This document shows, piece after piece, positions 19,015 through 29,290 of a stretch of DNA of 64,000 bases (positions are counted from its first letter, which is position 1; every line of letters starts with the position of its first letter). The DNA is from an uncultured delta proteobacterium (GTDB taxonomy: Bacteria > Myxococcota_A > Polyangia > Haliangiales > Haliangiaceae). The notes below the pieces were generated by a model. That model was given only the letters and a program-made list of their open reading frames with translations. It did not search any database and was not told where the DNA came from. The stretch spans positions 640,001 through 704,000 of the forward strand of contig CAWKDB010000010.1 in NCBI GenBank assembly GCA_963848295.1, read 5' to 3'. The translations under genes were made by a program, and so were the position numbers.

Positions 19015-21267
19015 ATGGGTCATCGTTTTCATTTCTTCCGTGCGGGTGGCGTCGACCAGGTCAGCATCCGCGACGGCGCGGACATGCTCGGCCTGAGCGA
19101 GCTCGATCAGAAGCTGTGGGTCGCACTCGCCATGCCGACCAAGGGCGTCGCGCTGGATGCCGCGATGCTCGGCGCGCTCGATCTCGATGGCGATGGCCGG
19201 ATCCGCGTGCAGGACCTCCTCGCCGCGATCGCGTGGGCCAAGGCGACGTTCACGAAGCCGGGCGAGCTGCTGACCACCGCAGATTCGGTCGCGCTCGCCG
19301 CGATCAAAGACGAAGCGATCGTCGCCGCGGCCAAGCGCATGCTCGGCGATCTCGGCAAGCCGACGTCGACGTCGATCTCCGTCGAGGACACCACCGCGAT
19401 CAACAAGGCGTTCGCCGAGACCGTGCTCAACGGCGACTCGATCGTGATCCCGACGTCGACCGATAACGCGGAGCTCAAGCACGTCATCGACGACATCGTC
19501 GCGTCGATCGGCAGCGCGGTCGATCGCAGCGGCAAGCCGGGCGTGGACCAGGCGCTCGCCGATGCGTTCTTCGCAGCGGTCGACGAGCGCGCGAAGTGGA
19601 TCGCCGCGGGTCGCGCGGGGCTCGCGCCGCTCGGCGAGCTGACCGGCGAAGCCGCCGCCGCCACCGTCGCCGTGCGCGCGAAGATCGAAGACTATTTCAC
19701 CCGCTGCCGGGTCGCGGCCTTCGACAGCCGCGGCATCGACGCACTCGGCGGCACACCGGAAGAGCTCGCCGCGCTCGGCGCGCGCAGCTTGACCGCGAGC
19801 GACGAGCTCCTCGCGCAGCTCCCGCTCGCGAAGATCGAACCGAGCGCGCGACTCCCCCTCGCGACCGGCATCAACCCGGCGTGGGCGAGCCGGATGGCGG
19901 CGTTCGCGAACGCTGCGGTCGTACCGGTGCTCGGTCAACGCGACGCGATCACGATCGACGACTTCGCTGCGATCGCCCACAAGCTCGCGCCGTATCAAGC
20001 CTGGCTCGATGCCAAGCCGGTGACCAAGGTCGACGCGCTCGAGGCCGCTTGGATCGAGCGGCTCGCCGCGCCCGAGCTGCGCGCCGAGCTGACCAAGCTG
20101 ATCGCCGCCGACGGAGCGCTCGCCGCCGAATACGCGCAGATCAGCGCGGTCACGAAGGCGGTGCTGATGCGCCGCGACTTCGGCCGCGTGCTGCGCAACT
20201 TCGTCAACTTCTCCGACTTCTACGGCAAGCAGGACGGCGTGTTCCAAGCTGGCACGCTCTATCTCGACGCGCGCGCGCTTCACCTGTGCGTGGCGGTCAC
20301 CGACGCCGGCAAGCACGCCGCGCTCGCGACCGCATCGGACGCGGCGCTCATCTACTGCGAGATCTCGCGCAAGGGCGAGACCAAGCAGATCGCGGCGGCG
20401 CTGACCAACGGCGACGCCGATAACCTGTTCGTCGGTCGCAACGGCATCTTCTACGATCGCGACGGCAACGATTGGGACGCGACGATCACCAAGATGATCA
20501 ACGCCCCGATCAGCGTGCGCGCCGCGTTCTGGTCGCCGTACAAGAAGCTGGTCAAGGCGATCGAGGACAACGTCAACAAGCGAGCGCAGGCGGCCGACGC
20601 GGCCGCGAACGCGCGGGTCGAAGCCACCGGCGCGGACGTCGCGAACGCGGACAAGAAGGCACTCGCCGAGGCCGAGGCGCCGGTGCCCGTTCCCGCGGCC
20701 GCGGCGCCACCGGAAGGCCCGAAGAAGATCGATCTCGGGACGATCGCTGCCCTCGGCGTCGCGATCGGTGGCATCGGCACGCTCGTCGGGGCGCTGATGG
20801 TCACGCTGTTCGGTCTCGGCCCGTGGCTGCCGTTCGGCCTGGTCGCGATCATGCTGATGATCTCGGGCCCGGCGATGTTGCTCGCGTGGCTCAAGCTACG
20901 CCGCCGCAACCTCGGGCCGATCCTCGACGCGAACGGCTGGGCGATCAACGGCCGCGCTCGGATCAACGTCGCGTTCGGCGCCGCGATGACCGAGCTACCG
21001 AAGCTGCCGGACGGTGCGAAGCGCTCGCTCGACGATCCGTTCGCCGACGCGAAGACGCCGTGGCGCCGCTGGGTCGTGCTGATCGTCGTGCTCGGCCTCG
21101 CCGGCGGTTGGTACCTCGGCAAGCTCGACGACTACTTGCCGGCCGACGCCACGTCGATCGCGGTGCTCGGCACGAGCGCGCCGGCGTTCAAGAAGCTGAA
21201 GGCGACGATCGAGCAACCGATCGGGCACGCCGCGCCCGCTCCCGCGGCACCGGCGAAGCCTCATTAG
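19015..21267 (+). CDS. Conserved hypothetical membrane protein with EF-hand-like loop
   Basis: MGHRFHFFRAGGVDQV, LDQKLWVALAMP, DLDGDGRIRVQD, C-terminal TM helices and LGPILDANGWAIN. Confidence 0.8.
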   Translation: MGHRFHFFRAGGVDQVSIRDGADMLGLSELDQKLWVALAMPTKGVALDAAMLGALDLDGDGRIRVQDLLAAIAWAKATFTKPGELLTTADSVALAAIKDEAIVAAAKRMLGDLGKPTSTSISVEDTTAINKAFAETVLNGDSIVIPTSTDNAELKHVIDDIVASIGSAVDRSGKPGVDQALADAFFAAVDERAKWIAAGRAGLAPLGELTGEAAAATVAVRAKIEDYFTRCRVAAFDSRGIDALGGTPEELAALGARSLTASDELLAQLPLAKIEPSARLPLATGINPAWASRMAAFANAAVVPVLGQRDAITIDDFAAIAHKLAPYQAWLDAKPVTKVDALEAAWIERLAAPELRAELTKLIAADGALAAEYAQISAVTKAVLMRRDFGRVLRNFVNFSDFYGKQDGVFQAGTLYLDARALHLCVAVTDAGKHAALATASDAALIYCEISRKGETKQIAAALTNGDADNLFVGRNGIFYDRDGNDWDATITKMINAPISVRAAFWSPYKKLVKAIEDNVNKRAQAADAAANARVEATGADVANADKKALAEAEAPVPVPAAAAPPEGPKKIDLGTIAALGVAIGGIGTLVGALMVTLFGLGPWLPFGLVAIMLMISGPAMLLAWLKLRRRNLGPILDANGWAINGRARINVAFGAAMTELPKLPDGAKRSLDDPFADAKTPWRRWVVLIVVLGLAGGWYLGKLDDYLPADATSIAVLGTSAPAFKKLKATIEQPIGHAAPAPAAPAKPH

Positions 21268-21270
21268 GCC

Positions 21271-21453
21271 TTAGTAGCCGGCGGCCGGAGCCGCGCTGCC
21301 GCTGCCGCTGCCGCTGCCCGCGCCACCGTAGCCCGAGCCCCCCATCGCGGCCGAGCCCGACTTCGTGTCCGGGGCGTTCGCCTTCTTGTTCTTGCCGCCA
21401 CAGGCGCCGACCACAGTCGCCGCGAGGATCGCGATCACGAGGAGCTTCTTCAT
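21271..21453 (-). CDS. Small Gly/Ser-rich lipoprotein (60 aa)
   Basis: MKKLLVIAILAATVVGAC lipoprotein signal; upstream TAGCGT hexamer. Confidence 0.7.
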   Translation of the reverse strand: MKKLLVIAILAATVVGACGGKNKKANAPDTKSGSAAMGGSGYGGAGSGSGSGSAAPAAGY

Positions 21454-21467
21454 CGCCGCCGACGCTA

Positions 21468-22508
21468 TCACGGATACGGCGAGACCGGCTTGGCGCTTGC
21501 CGGTGGAGGTGGCGGCGCGGTTGGTTGCGGCTGGTCGCACTCGGGCCCGATCCGGGTCGCGGCGGTGTACGCCTCGGGCGGCGCCGCAACCCAGGTCACG
21601 CGATGGCCGAGCGTCGCGCCGGTCGCCGCGAGATCGTACGAGGCGTACTCGCCCGCTCCGTACGCCATCGCGACCTTCGCGCCGCCGCGATCGGCGAGCA
21701 CCGCGGCGAGCGTCAATGGATGGGTCGGATCGTCGTCGAGCTTGACCGGCATACCGCCAGCACCCGGTACGAAAAATCCGCTCCAGGTCTCGTCCGGCCA
21801 CTCGCACTGCGTCGCAGGATCGGCGGTGGTCGGCACCTGCAGCCAGTTCACCGCCCCGCCCCACGCCGCCGGTTGATTGCCCACGTCGATCTGGATGAAC
21901 GCCCACAGCATCTCGCAGCCCGGAGCCTTGCACTCGTGCGTCGGCACGCTGGGCGCGAGCACCGCCGGGATCGCGGTCTCTTGCGTCGGCCGATGCCAAT
22001 GGTGCTGCTCGTCCATCTGGCCGAGACGAGACGCGATCGGATGCGGCACCGCGACCGTGCACTCGCTCGGCGGTTGCGCGGAGATCAGCGCGAGCGCCTC
22101 TTCGTCATTCTGCGGCGCGGCGCAACCTTCGAGCTCGACGCCATAGGCGCGGTTAGGCGGCTCGTCGAACTTCGCGGCGTAGTAGCCCGCGGCCGTGGCC
22201 TTGCACGGCGGCGAGCCGGGCAGGATCAGCCACACGCTCGCCGGTGCGGCCGGTACGCCCGCCGCCTGCGCCGAGGCCGGATCGATCTTGACGTAGTCGG
22301 GCAGGTTCGCGGTCGAAGCGAGCTTCGCGTCGAACAGCGGCAGCACCCAGCCTGTATGGACCTGCTCCTTCAAGTAGTACGCGACGTACGTGTTCGCGGC
22401 GGTCGGGCAGCCGACCCCGGGCACCGGCGGACCGCCTTCGCCGCGAGGACCAGCGGGCGGCGGGCACGCCGCGAGGACGACGAGCGCGAACGGGGCGAGA
22501 CGAACCAT
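21468..22508 (-). CDS. Putative lipoprotein
   Basis: MVRLAPFALVVLAAC lipobox; several Cys residues. Confidence 0.75.
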   Translation of the reverse strand: MVRLAPFALVVLAACPPPAGPRGEGGPPVPGVGCPTAANTYVAYYLKEQVHTGWVLPLFDAKLASTANLPDYVKIDPASAQAAGVPAAPASVWLILPGSPPCKATAAGYYAAKFDEPPNRAYGVELEGCAAPQNDEEALALISAQPPSECTVAVPHPIASRLGQMDEQHHWHRPTQETAIPAVLAPSVPTHECKAPGCEMLWAFIQIDVGNQPAAWGGAVNWLQVPTTADPATQCEWPDETWSGFFVPGAGGMPVKLDDDPTHPLTLAAVLADRGGAKVAMAYGAGEYASYDLAATGATLGHRVTWVAAPPEAYTAATRIGPECDQPQPTAPPPPPASAKPVSPYP

Positions 22509-22522
22509 ACCCGAACGATAAC

Positions 22523-22963
22523 TCAATCGCGGGGCGCGAGCCGCTCGAGTGCGGCGCGCATCCGATCCGGAATCGCGACCGGCCGGCGGTGCGCGCGATC
22601 GACGAACACGTGGACGAAGTGGCCGTGCGCAGCGGCGAGCGGCTCGCGGCCGAACAAGGCGACGCCGTACGTGACCGATCGCGCGCCCAGCTTGTCGACC
22701 CGCACGCCCGCGACGAGCTCCTCGGGATAGGTCACCGCCGCGTGAAACTGGCAGTGCGATTCGACGACCACGCCGATCACGTCGCCGCTCGCGATCTCGA
22801 GGCCGGCTTCGCGGATCAGATACAGGTTCGCGGCGGAATCGAAGTAGCTGTAGTAGGTGACGTTGTTGACGTGACCGTAGATGTCGTTGTCGCTCCACCG
22901 CGTCGTGATCGGCGCGTGAAACGGATACTCGGCGGCGGTCGGCCGGGCGCGAGGCTCGCTCAC
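22523..22963 (-). CDS. Acyl-CoA thioesterase (4HBT/YbgC-like)
   Basis: [22 protein letters not shown]. Confidence 0.9.
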   Translation of the reverse strand: MSEPRARPTAAEYPFHAPITTRWSDNDIYGHVNNVTYYSYFDSAANLYLIREAGLEIASGDVIGVVVESHCQFHAAVTYPEELVAGVRVDKLGARSVTYGVALFGREPLAAAHGHFVHVFVDRAHRRPVAIPDRMRAALERLAPRD

Positions 22964-24312
22964 CAGTACTCCAGCGCGCGCGCGAACAGCGCTTCGAGCT
23001 CGGGCTCGCCGATCGGCAGCGGCGCGTTGCCGAGCAAGCGCTGTTGCGGCGCCGCCCCCGCGACGAGCGCCGGGACATCGGCGGCGCGATAGCCGACCGC
23101 GTGCAGGCCGTTCGGGATCGCGATCGATCGCATCATCGCGATCACGGCCGCCGCGAGGCGCTCGCCGGCCTCCCGCTCGGTCGCGCCGCGAACGTCGCCG
23201 CCGAGCAGCGCCGCCGCTTCGAGGTGGCGAGCCGGCGACGTCGCTCCCGTCGCGCGAAACACCGCGGGCGCGGCGATCGCGACCGCCATCCCATGCGGCA
23301 CCAACCCGGATGTGCCAGGGCGCGCGGCAACGCGTCGCGCTGCGGACGGTAGATCGAGCGGCGCATCGGGATAACCGGGCGAGCGAAACTCGCGGACCTG
23401 GCCCGCGATCGCGTACGCCATCGCATGTGGCACGTGGACACCCGCGTTGCCGAACGCGATGCCGGCGAGCGTAGCCGCCCACATCATCTGCTCGCGCGCA
23501 CCGCGATCGCCGGCGACCGCGGCCGCGAGGTGTGCGCCGCACAGCCGCAGCGCTTCGCGACAACCGAGATCGCTCCACGGATTCGCGCCTTGGCTCGCCG
23601 GGCGAGCCAGTGGGCTGGCCGGCGCCGCGCGCGTCGCAAACCCGCGCGCGGTGAACGATTCGATGGCGTGACACAGCACGTCCATCCCGCTCGCCGCGAC
23701 GACCTGGGACGGCAAGGTCTGCGCGACGCGCGGATCGATCACCGCCTCGCTCGGCCGCAACCGCGGCGAGCTGATCCCGGTCTTCGCGCGACGCGCATGC
23801 CAGTCGAAGATCGCGATGCCGGTGACCTCGCTGCCGGTGCCCGAGGTCGTCGGACATGCGATGTGCGGCGCGAGCGGACCGGGGACCGCGCGGCCCTCGC
23901 CGAGCGGGGCGTTGACATAGGCTTCGAGCGCCGCCGGATACGTCGCGTAGAGGTTCGCGGCCTTCGCCGTGTCGATCGCCGAGCCGCCGCCGAGCGAGAC
24001 GTAGCCGTCGGGCCTCGCGTCGCGGGCGAACCGGATCGCGTCGTCCCATGAGGCTTCGGTCGGCTCGATCGCGACCGCATCGAACACGCACGGCTCGATT
24101 TCGGCGGCGCGCAGCGAGGCGAGCAGCTCGTCGCACCACGGCAACGCGCGGACGCGCGGATCGGTGATGACCGCGGCGCGGCGCATCCCGAGTGCTGCGG
24201 CACGCGGTCCGACTTCGGCGAGCGCGCCCAGGCCGAAGGTCACGCGCGACGCATCGATCGTGAACGCGGTGTCGCAGCCCGCGCTGACGGCCGCGAGGTG
24301 CGCGCACGTCAC
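22960..24312 (-). CDS. Hydroxyacid-oxoacid transhydrogenase (Fe-ADH family)
   Basis: [57 protein letters not shown]. Confidence 0.9.
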   Translation of the reverse strand: MTCAHLAAVSAGCDTAFTIDASRVTFGLGALAEVGPRAAALGMRRAAVITDPRVRALPWCDELLASLRAAEIEPCVFDAVAIEPTEASWDDAIRFARDARPDGYVSLGGGSAIDTAKAANLYATYPAALEAYVNAPLGEGRAVPGPLAPHIACPTTSGTGSEVTGIAIFDWHARRAKTGISSPRLRPSEAVIDPRVAQTLPSQVVAASGMDVLCHAIESFTARGFATRAAPASPLARPASQGANPWSDLGCREALRLCGAHLAAAVAGDRGAREQMMWAATLAGIAFGNAGVHVPHAMAYAIAGQVREFRSPGYPDAPLDLPSAARRVAARPGTSGLVPHGMAVAIAAPAVFRATGATSPARHLEAAALLGGDVRGATEREAGERLAAAVIAMMRSIAIPNGLHAVGYRAADVPALVAGAAPQQRLLGNAPLPIGEPELEALFARALEYW

Positions 24313-24314
24313 GG

Positions 24315-24941
24315 TCAGTTCTCCGCGACGCCGAGGTAGCGCGTGACCAGCAGCGTCGCCTCGTCGATCAACCTCGGGTCGCGGAGCCGGGCGTGGTCGA
24401 GCAGCGCGGCGCGATGGATGATCGCTTCGATCGCCGACACGATCACGTACGACGCCAGGTCCGGGTCGCGAATCGCGAGCTCGCGCTGGCGCAGCGCGAG
24501 GATGCCGGCGACCATCCGGTGAGTCAGCGCATCGTTCTCGCGCAGCTTCGCGAGGCGACCCACGCGCGGCAGCTGCTCGGTCAGCATGCGATGGAGCTCC
24601 GGATCGATCGCGTGCGCTCGGATCGTCAGCTCGATCACCCGGCGCACTGCCGCGGCCATCGGCAGCTGCGCGACCGCCGCCAGCTCGGCGAGCACCGCGG
24701 CGTTCATGTCTTCCATGTGGCGCTCGAACAGCGCACCGACGAGCGACTCTTTGTTCGGGAAGTATTGGTAGAGCGACCCGATCGACACGCCCGCCGCCGC
24801 CGCGACTCCGTTCGTGGTCAAGCCGTCGTAGCCGACTTTGATCAGAACCCGAGCGGTCGCTTCGAGGATCGTGTCGACCGTCGCCTTGCTGCGCTCCTGG
24901 CGCGGGTGTTTACGAGGCGTGGTCCGGACTTGGCGGGTCAT
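24315..24941 (-). CDS. TetR/AcrR family regulator
   Basis: [17 protein letters not shown]...[15 protein letters not shown]. Confidence 0.93.
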   Translation of the reverse strand: MTRQVRTTPRKHPRQERSKATVDTILEATARVLIKVGYDGLTTNGVAAAAGVSIGSLYQYFPNKESLVGALFERHMEDMNAAVLAELAAVAQLPMAAAVRRVIELTIRAHAIDPELHRMLTEQLPRVGRLAKLRENDALTHRMVAGILALRQRELAIRDPDLASYVIVSAIEAIIHRAALLDHARLRDPRLIDEATLLVTRYLGVAEN

Positions 24942-24981
24942 GGTGAGCTCGATGGGGTGCGGGGATCGAACGCGAGTAGAC

Positions 24982-25003
24982 AATGTGAGCGAACGCTCGC
25001 ATT
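24982..25003. promoter_or_regulatory. Inverted repeat, probable TetR operator
   Basis: AATGTGAGCG-AA-CGCTCGCATT (1 mismatch) between divergent tetR and P450. Confidence 0.7.
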
Positions 25004-25007
25004 TTGG

Positions 25008-26378
25008 ATGGCGATGGCAACGATTGCAACTCCGATCTCGGGCCGGGCCGCAAAACCGTCGATTCCCGTGGTCCCCGGCGTGCCGGTGCTCGGCAACTTG
25101 ATGCAGTTCCGCCGCGATCGCATGGCGCTGCACGAGCTCGCGGCGCGCACCAGCCCCACGCTGGCGCGGATCCAGCTCGCGCACATCCCGATCTACCTCA
25201 CGACCGACGCCGACCTCGCGCACGAGGTGCTCGCGACCGACTCCGAGTACTACGCCAAGTCGGCGGGCCTGCACTTCCTCGAACCGCTGCTCGGCAACGG
25301 CCTGCTGATCGCCGAGGGGACCGCTCACAAGCGCCATCGCAAGCTCCTCGCCCCCGCGTTCGCGCCGAAGCGGCTGTCCGCATACGGCGAGGTCATGGTG
25401 GCCGAGACGCTCGATCAAGTGTCGCGCTGGTCCGCAGACCAGCGGGTCGATTTCTCGACCGAGATGATGGAGCTCACGCTCGCGATCGCCGGTCGCACGA
25501 TGTTCTCGGCGCACGTTCGCGACGACGCCAAGACGATCGCGGAGGGCCTCGAGCTCGCGATGCACTCGCAGAGTGCGAGCCTCAAGTCGCTCGTTAGGCT
25601 CGGCTACGAGTGGCCGTTGCCGCGCCATCGCCAGATGCGCCGCGCAGTCGCGATGCTCGACTCGGTCGTGTATCGCTTGATCGCCGAGGGTCGCAAGCGC
25701 GGCACCGATGTCGGCGACGTGCTGTCGATCCTGCTGATGGCGCGCGACGACGACGGCACCGGCCTCACCGACCCGCAAGTGCGCGACGAAGTGATGACGC
25801 TACTGCTCGCCGGTCACGAGACGACCGCGAACGCGCTGTCGTGGACCTGGTACGAGCTCGGCCGCAACCCGGTGGCGCTCGAACGGCTACGCGCCGAGAT
25901 CGACAGCGTGCTCGGCGCACGGACGGTCACCGTCGACGATCTGCCGCAGCTGCCGTGGACCGCCGCGGTGATCGACGAAGCGATGCGGCTACACCCGCCC
26001 GCCTACATGACCGGACGCGAATCGGTCGTGCCGGTCGAGCTCGGCGGCCACGCGCTTGCGAAGGGATCGATCGTCGCGATCAACATCTTCGGCATCCATC
26101 GCCGAGACGATTACTTTCCGAGCCCGCTCGCGTTCAAGCCCGAGCGATTCTTGCCCGAGGCGAAGAAGGCGCGACCGCGGCATCACTACTTGCCGTTCGG
26201 CGCCGGACCGCGGATCTGCATCGGCTCGCACTTCGCGTTGATGGAAGCGCAGCTGGCGCTCGCCACGCTCGTGCAGCGCGCCGACATTCGCATGCAAGCG
26301 ACGTCGGTTGGCCACGAGCCGCTCGTGACGCTGCGGCCGGCCGGCGGCCTGCCGGCGATCGTGTCGCCGCGATGCTGA
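25008..26378 (+). CDS. Cytochrome P450
   Basis: AGHETTA I-helix, EAMRL, FKPERF, PFGAGPRICIG heme motif. Confidence 0.96.
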   Translation: MAMATIATPISGRAAKPSIPVVPGVPVLGNLMQFRRDRMALHELAARTSPTLARIQLAHIPIYLTTDADLAHEVLATDSEYYAKSAGLHFLEPLLGNGLLIAEGTAHKRHRKLLAPAFAPKRLSAYGEVMVAETLDQVSRWSADQRVDFSTEMMELTLAIAGRTMFSAHVRDDAKTIAEGLELAMHSQSASLKSLVRLGYEWPLPRHRQMRRAVAMLDSVVYRLIAEGRKRGTDVGDVLSILLMARDDDGTGLTDPQVRDEVMTLLLAGHETTANALSWTWYELGRNPVALERLRAEIDSVLGARTVTVDDLPQLPWTAAVIDEAMRLHPPAYMTGRESVVPVELGGHALAKGSIVAINIFGIHRRDDYFPSPLAFKPERFLPEAKKARPRHHYLPFGAGPRICIGSHFALMEAQLALATLVQRADIRMQATSVGHEPLVTLRPAGGLPAIVSPRC

Positions 26379-26380
26379 CC

Positions 26381-26815
26381 CTATGGCAAGAACCGCGCGC
26401 GCTCGTCGGGCGCGGGCAGATCGCACAGCTCGGCGCGGCCCCACACGCGGTAGCGAATCGCCGCGATCAGGCGATAGCCGAGGTCGGGCACGACCCCCGG
26501 GATCCAGCGCCACGCCGCCGCCCAGCGCCACGGTGCGCGCAGATGTCTCGCCGCGTAGAGGAACGCCTTGCTGCGCAGGTAAACGCGGTCGTGGTCGACG
26601 AGCACGACGGTCGACACGAGCTGGGGGATCTCGGGATGACGGACGCGCAGTGCCGCCGCGGTCGCGCCCTGCAAGGGCGCGAATTGCAGCGCGTGGTCGC
26701 GCTCGTGGCGGAGCAACCAGCGCACGCTGCGGTGGCACAGCCCGCACGTGCCGTCGTACAGCACGACCGGCCCACCGGCGGCCTCCGACGTGACGATGGG
26801 CGTGACCGCGACCAT
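26381..26815 (-). CDS. DCC1-like thiol-disulfide oxidoreductase
   Basis: VLYDGTCGLC, FAPLQG, YRLIAAIRYRVWG. Confidence 0.88.
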   Translation of the reverse strand: MVAVTPIVTSEAAGGPVVLYDGTCGLCHRSVRWLLRHERDHALQFAPLQGATAAALRVRHPEIPQLVSTVVLVDHDRVYLRSKAFLYAARHLRAPWRWAAAWRWIPGVVPDLGYRLIAAIRYRVWGRAELCDLPAPDERARFLP

Positions 26816-27000
26816 ACGCCCATCTTGCCGCTTCCCACGCCGCGGGCAAGCCTCGACGCGGATCGATCGATCGGCTGTCCGGCGCAGCAAGGACGGCCGA
26901 ACCCTCACGCGGAGAGGCCCCCGGTTTACCGGGGCCGCGACACCATCAGCTTCCACCGGAGCGAGCTTGCGCACCGCGCCCGTTGTTCCTAGCTTGCACC

Positions 27001-28164
27001 GTGGGCTTCATCTTCCCGCTGGTCGCGGCGAGCGCGTTCTCGGCCCTGTTCCACACGTATGTCTGGTGGCACGTCGTGGCGCGGGTTCGGCTGGCGCGGC
27101 GCTGGCGGATCGCCGGGACAGCGCTGTTCGTCGTGATGTTTCTATCGATTCCGATCACGACGTCGAGTCGCCTGTGGGCGCCGTCGCTGTCGGCCGCGCT
27201 CGCCTGGATCTCTTTGCCGTGGCTCGCGCTCGTCGGGCTGTGCGCGGTCGGGTTCATCGCGGTCGATCTCGCGATGGCCGTGCGCTGGGGCGTGGGCAAG
27301 CTTCGCAAGCCGGAAGGCCCGCCGTCCGCGGATCGCCGGCTCTTTCTCGCGCGGCTGACCGGCGGTGCGGTCGCGACGGTGGCCGGTGCTAGCGCGGCGG
27401 CCGGCATGATCTCGGCGCGCGGAGAGCACGAGATCGTCGATGTCGAGATCGAGCTCGCGAAGCTGCCGCGCGCGCTCGATGGGTTCTCGATCGTCCAGCT
27501 GTCGGACCTGCACACGGGGATGACGATCGATCGCGGGTTCGTCCAGCGCGTCGTCGATCGCGCGAACGCGCTCGCGCCGGACCTGCTCGTGCTGACCGGT
27601 GACCTCGTCGATGGCCCGGTCGCGGATCTCGCCGAAGACGTCGCGCCGTTCGCGCAGTTGAAGGCGAAGCACGGCGTCTATGCGGTGACCGGCAACCACG
27701 AATACTACAGCGGCGTCGACGCGTGGATCGCCGCGATCTCGAAGCTCGGCGTCAGGTACCTGCGCAACCAACGCGTCACGATCGGGGATGGCGAGGCGAG
27801 CTTCGAGCTCGCCGGCGTCGACGATCACTCGGCCATCGGCTGGAAGGGCCACGGCGAAGATCTGCCGGCGGCGACGCGCGGCCGTGATCCCGCCAAGGCG
27901 CTCGTGTTGCTCGCGCATCAGCCGCGGCAGGTCCTGCGCGCCGCGAGGTATGGCGTCGATCTCCAGCTGTCGGGCCACACGCATGGCGGCCAGATCTGGC
28001 CGTGGCACTACATGGTCAAGCTCCAGCAAGGTGGCTTGCTCGCCGGTCACTACGACCACGAAGGCACGCAGCTCTACGTGACCCGCGGCTGCGGCTACTG
28101 GGGCCCGCCGGTCCGCCTGCTCGCACCGCTCGAGATCACGCGCATCATCCTGCGCGCCGCGTAG
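27001..28164 (+). CDS. Membrane-anchored metallophosphoesterase
   Basis: SDLH, TGDLVD, GNHEYY, LSGHTHGGQ; N-terminal TMs and RRLFL segment. Confidence 0.92.
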   Translation: MGFIFPLVAASAFSALFHTYVWWHVVARVRLARRWRIAGTALFVVMFLSIPITTSSRLWAPSLSAALAWISLPWLALVGLCAVGFIAVDLAMAVRWGVGKLRKPEGPPSADRRLFLARLTGGAVATVAGASAAAGMISARGEHEIVDVEIELAKLPRALDGFSIVQLSDLHTGMTIDRGFVQRVVDRANALAPDLLVLTGDLVDGPVADLAEDVAPFAQLKAKHGVYAVTGNHEYYSGVDAWIAAISKLGVRYLRNQRVTIGDGEASFELAGVDDHSAIGWKGHGEDLPAATRGRDPAKALVLLAHQPRQVLRAARYGVDLQLSGHTHGGQIWPWHYMVKLQQGGLLAGHYDHEGTQLYVTRGCGYWGPPVRLLAPLEITRIILRAA

Positions 28165-28186
28165 GAGACCGCGCTAGCATCGCTCG

Positions 28187-29278
28187 ATGGGCTCTTCACG
28201 TTGGCGACGGTGGATCGCGCCGCTCGCATTCGCATTCGTCGTCGCACTCTCGACGCTCGCGATCGGTGGGACCGGCGGCAGCATGGGCGGCGGCAGTTGG
28301 GGTGGCGGTGGCGGCGGCGGTGGCGGTGGTGGCGGCGGTGGTTTTGGCGGCGGTGGCGGTGGTGGCGGCGGCTACTCGTATTCCGGTGGTGGCGGCGGCG
28401 GCGACGGCTCGAGTGCAGACGGCGCCGAGGCCCTCGTATTTCTCGTCGTGGCCGGCGCGATCTGGCTGATCGCGACGCTCGCCCAGGGCACGCAGCGCAT
28501 CGACAGCACGGCGCTGGGGCTCGACCTGGACGACGGCTCGGACTCGAGCTTCGGCGGCAACAGCGTCGATGTGACGGTGCTGCGCATCGCGATCGACGGC
28601 CGATCGCGCAAGTTCATCCAGAACGAGCTCGCGCGGATCGCGAAGGTCGCCGACACCGCGACGCCCGACGGCCGGCTCGCGATGCTGCGCGAGGTCACGA
28701 TCCTGCTGCGTCGGCTGCGCGATGCGTGGGTCTATGGCGGCGCCATCAACGAGCCGATGCGCGAGATGAACGCCGCCAAAGCGGTGTTCGACCGTCACGT
28801 CGACGACGCCCGATCCGCGTTCAAAGACGAGACCATCCGCAACGAACAGGGAAAGACGACGACCGCCGCGCCGTCGGGCACGTACACGCCGACCAGCGAC
28901 CAGGGCGCCGGGCTGATCCTGGTGTCGATCATCGTCGCCGCCCGGCACGAGCTGTTCACGGTCGAGCACATCGGCGATGGCGAGGATCTGCGCAAGGCGC
29001 TCGAGGCGGCGGCCCATCGCGAGGCGAGCGATCTCGTCGCGATCGAGATCGTGTGGCAACCGTCGGAAGATGCTGATCGGCTGACCTCGATCGCGCTCGA
29101 GCAGAAGTATCCCAGGCCGGACCTGATCCCGATCGCCGGCGCGCTCGTCGGCAAGGTGTTCTGCGCGTTCTGCGGCGGCCCGTTCCCGGCAGAGCTCGTG
29201 ACCTGCCCGCATTGCGGCGCACCGGCGCCCGGACGCGACCACGCGCCCGCGGCCACCCCGCCTTCACCGCGTGCCTGA
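28187..29278 (+). CDS. DUF1517-type protein with Gly-rich N-terminus and C-terminal zinc ribbon
   Basis: GGSMGGGS + poly-Gly, TM, LVAIEIVWQPSEDADRLT, CAFC...CPHC. Confidence 0.75.
   Translation: MGSSRWRRWIAPLAFAFVVALSTLAIGGTGGSMGGGSWGGGGGGGGGGGGGGFGGGGGGGGGYSYSGGGGGGDGSSADGAEALVFLVVAGAIWLIATLAQGTQRIDSTALGLDLDDGSDSSFGGNSVDVTVLRIAIDGRSRKFIQNELARIAKVADTATPDGRLAMLREVTILLRRLRDAWVYGGAINEPMREMNAAKAVFDRHVDDARSAFKDETIRNEQGKTTTAAPSGTYTPTSDQGAGLILVSIIVAARHELFTVEHIGDGEDLRKALEAAAHREASDLVAIEIVWQPSEDADRLTSIALEQKYPRPDLIPIAGALVGKVFCAFCGGPFPAELVTCPHCGAPAPGRDHAPAATPPSPRA
28286..28402 (+). repeat. GGC/GGT low-complexity repeat encoding poly-Gly
   Basis: Runs of ggc/ggt codons inside the DUF1517 gene. Confidence 0.85.
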
Positions 29279-29290
29279 TACAACCCGGGC

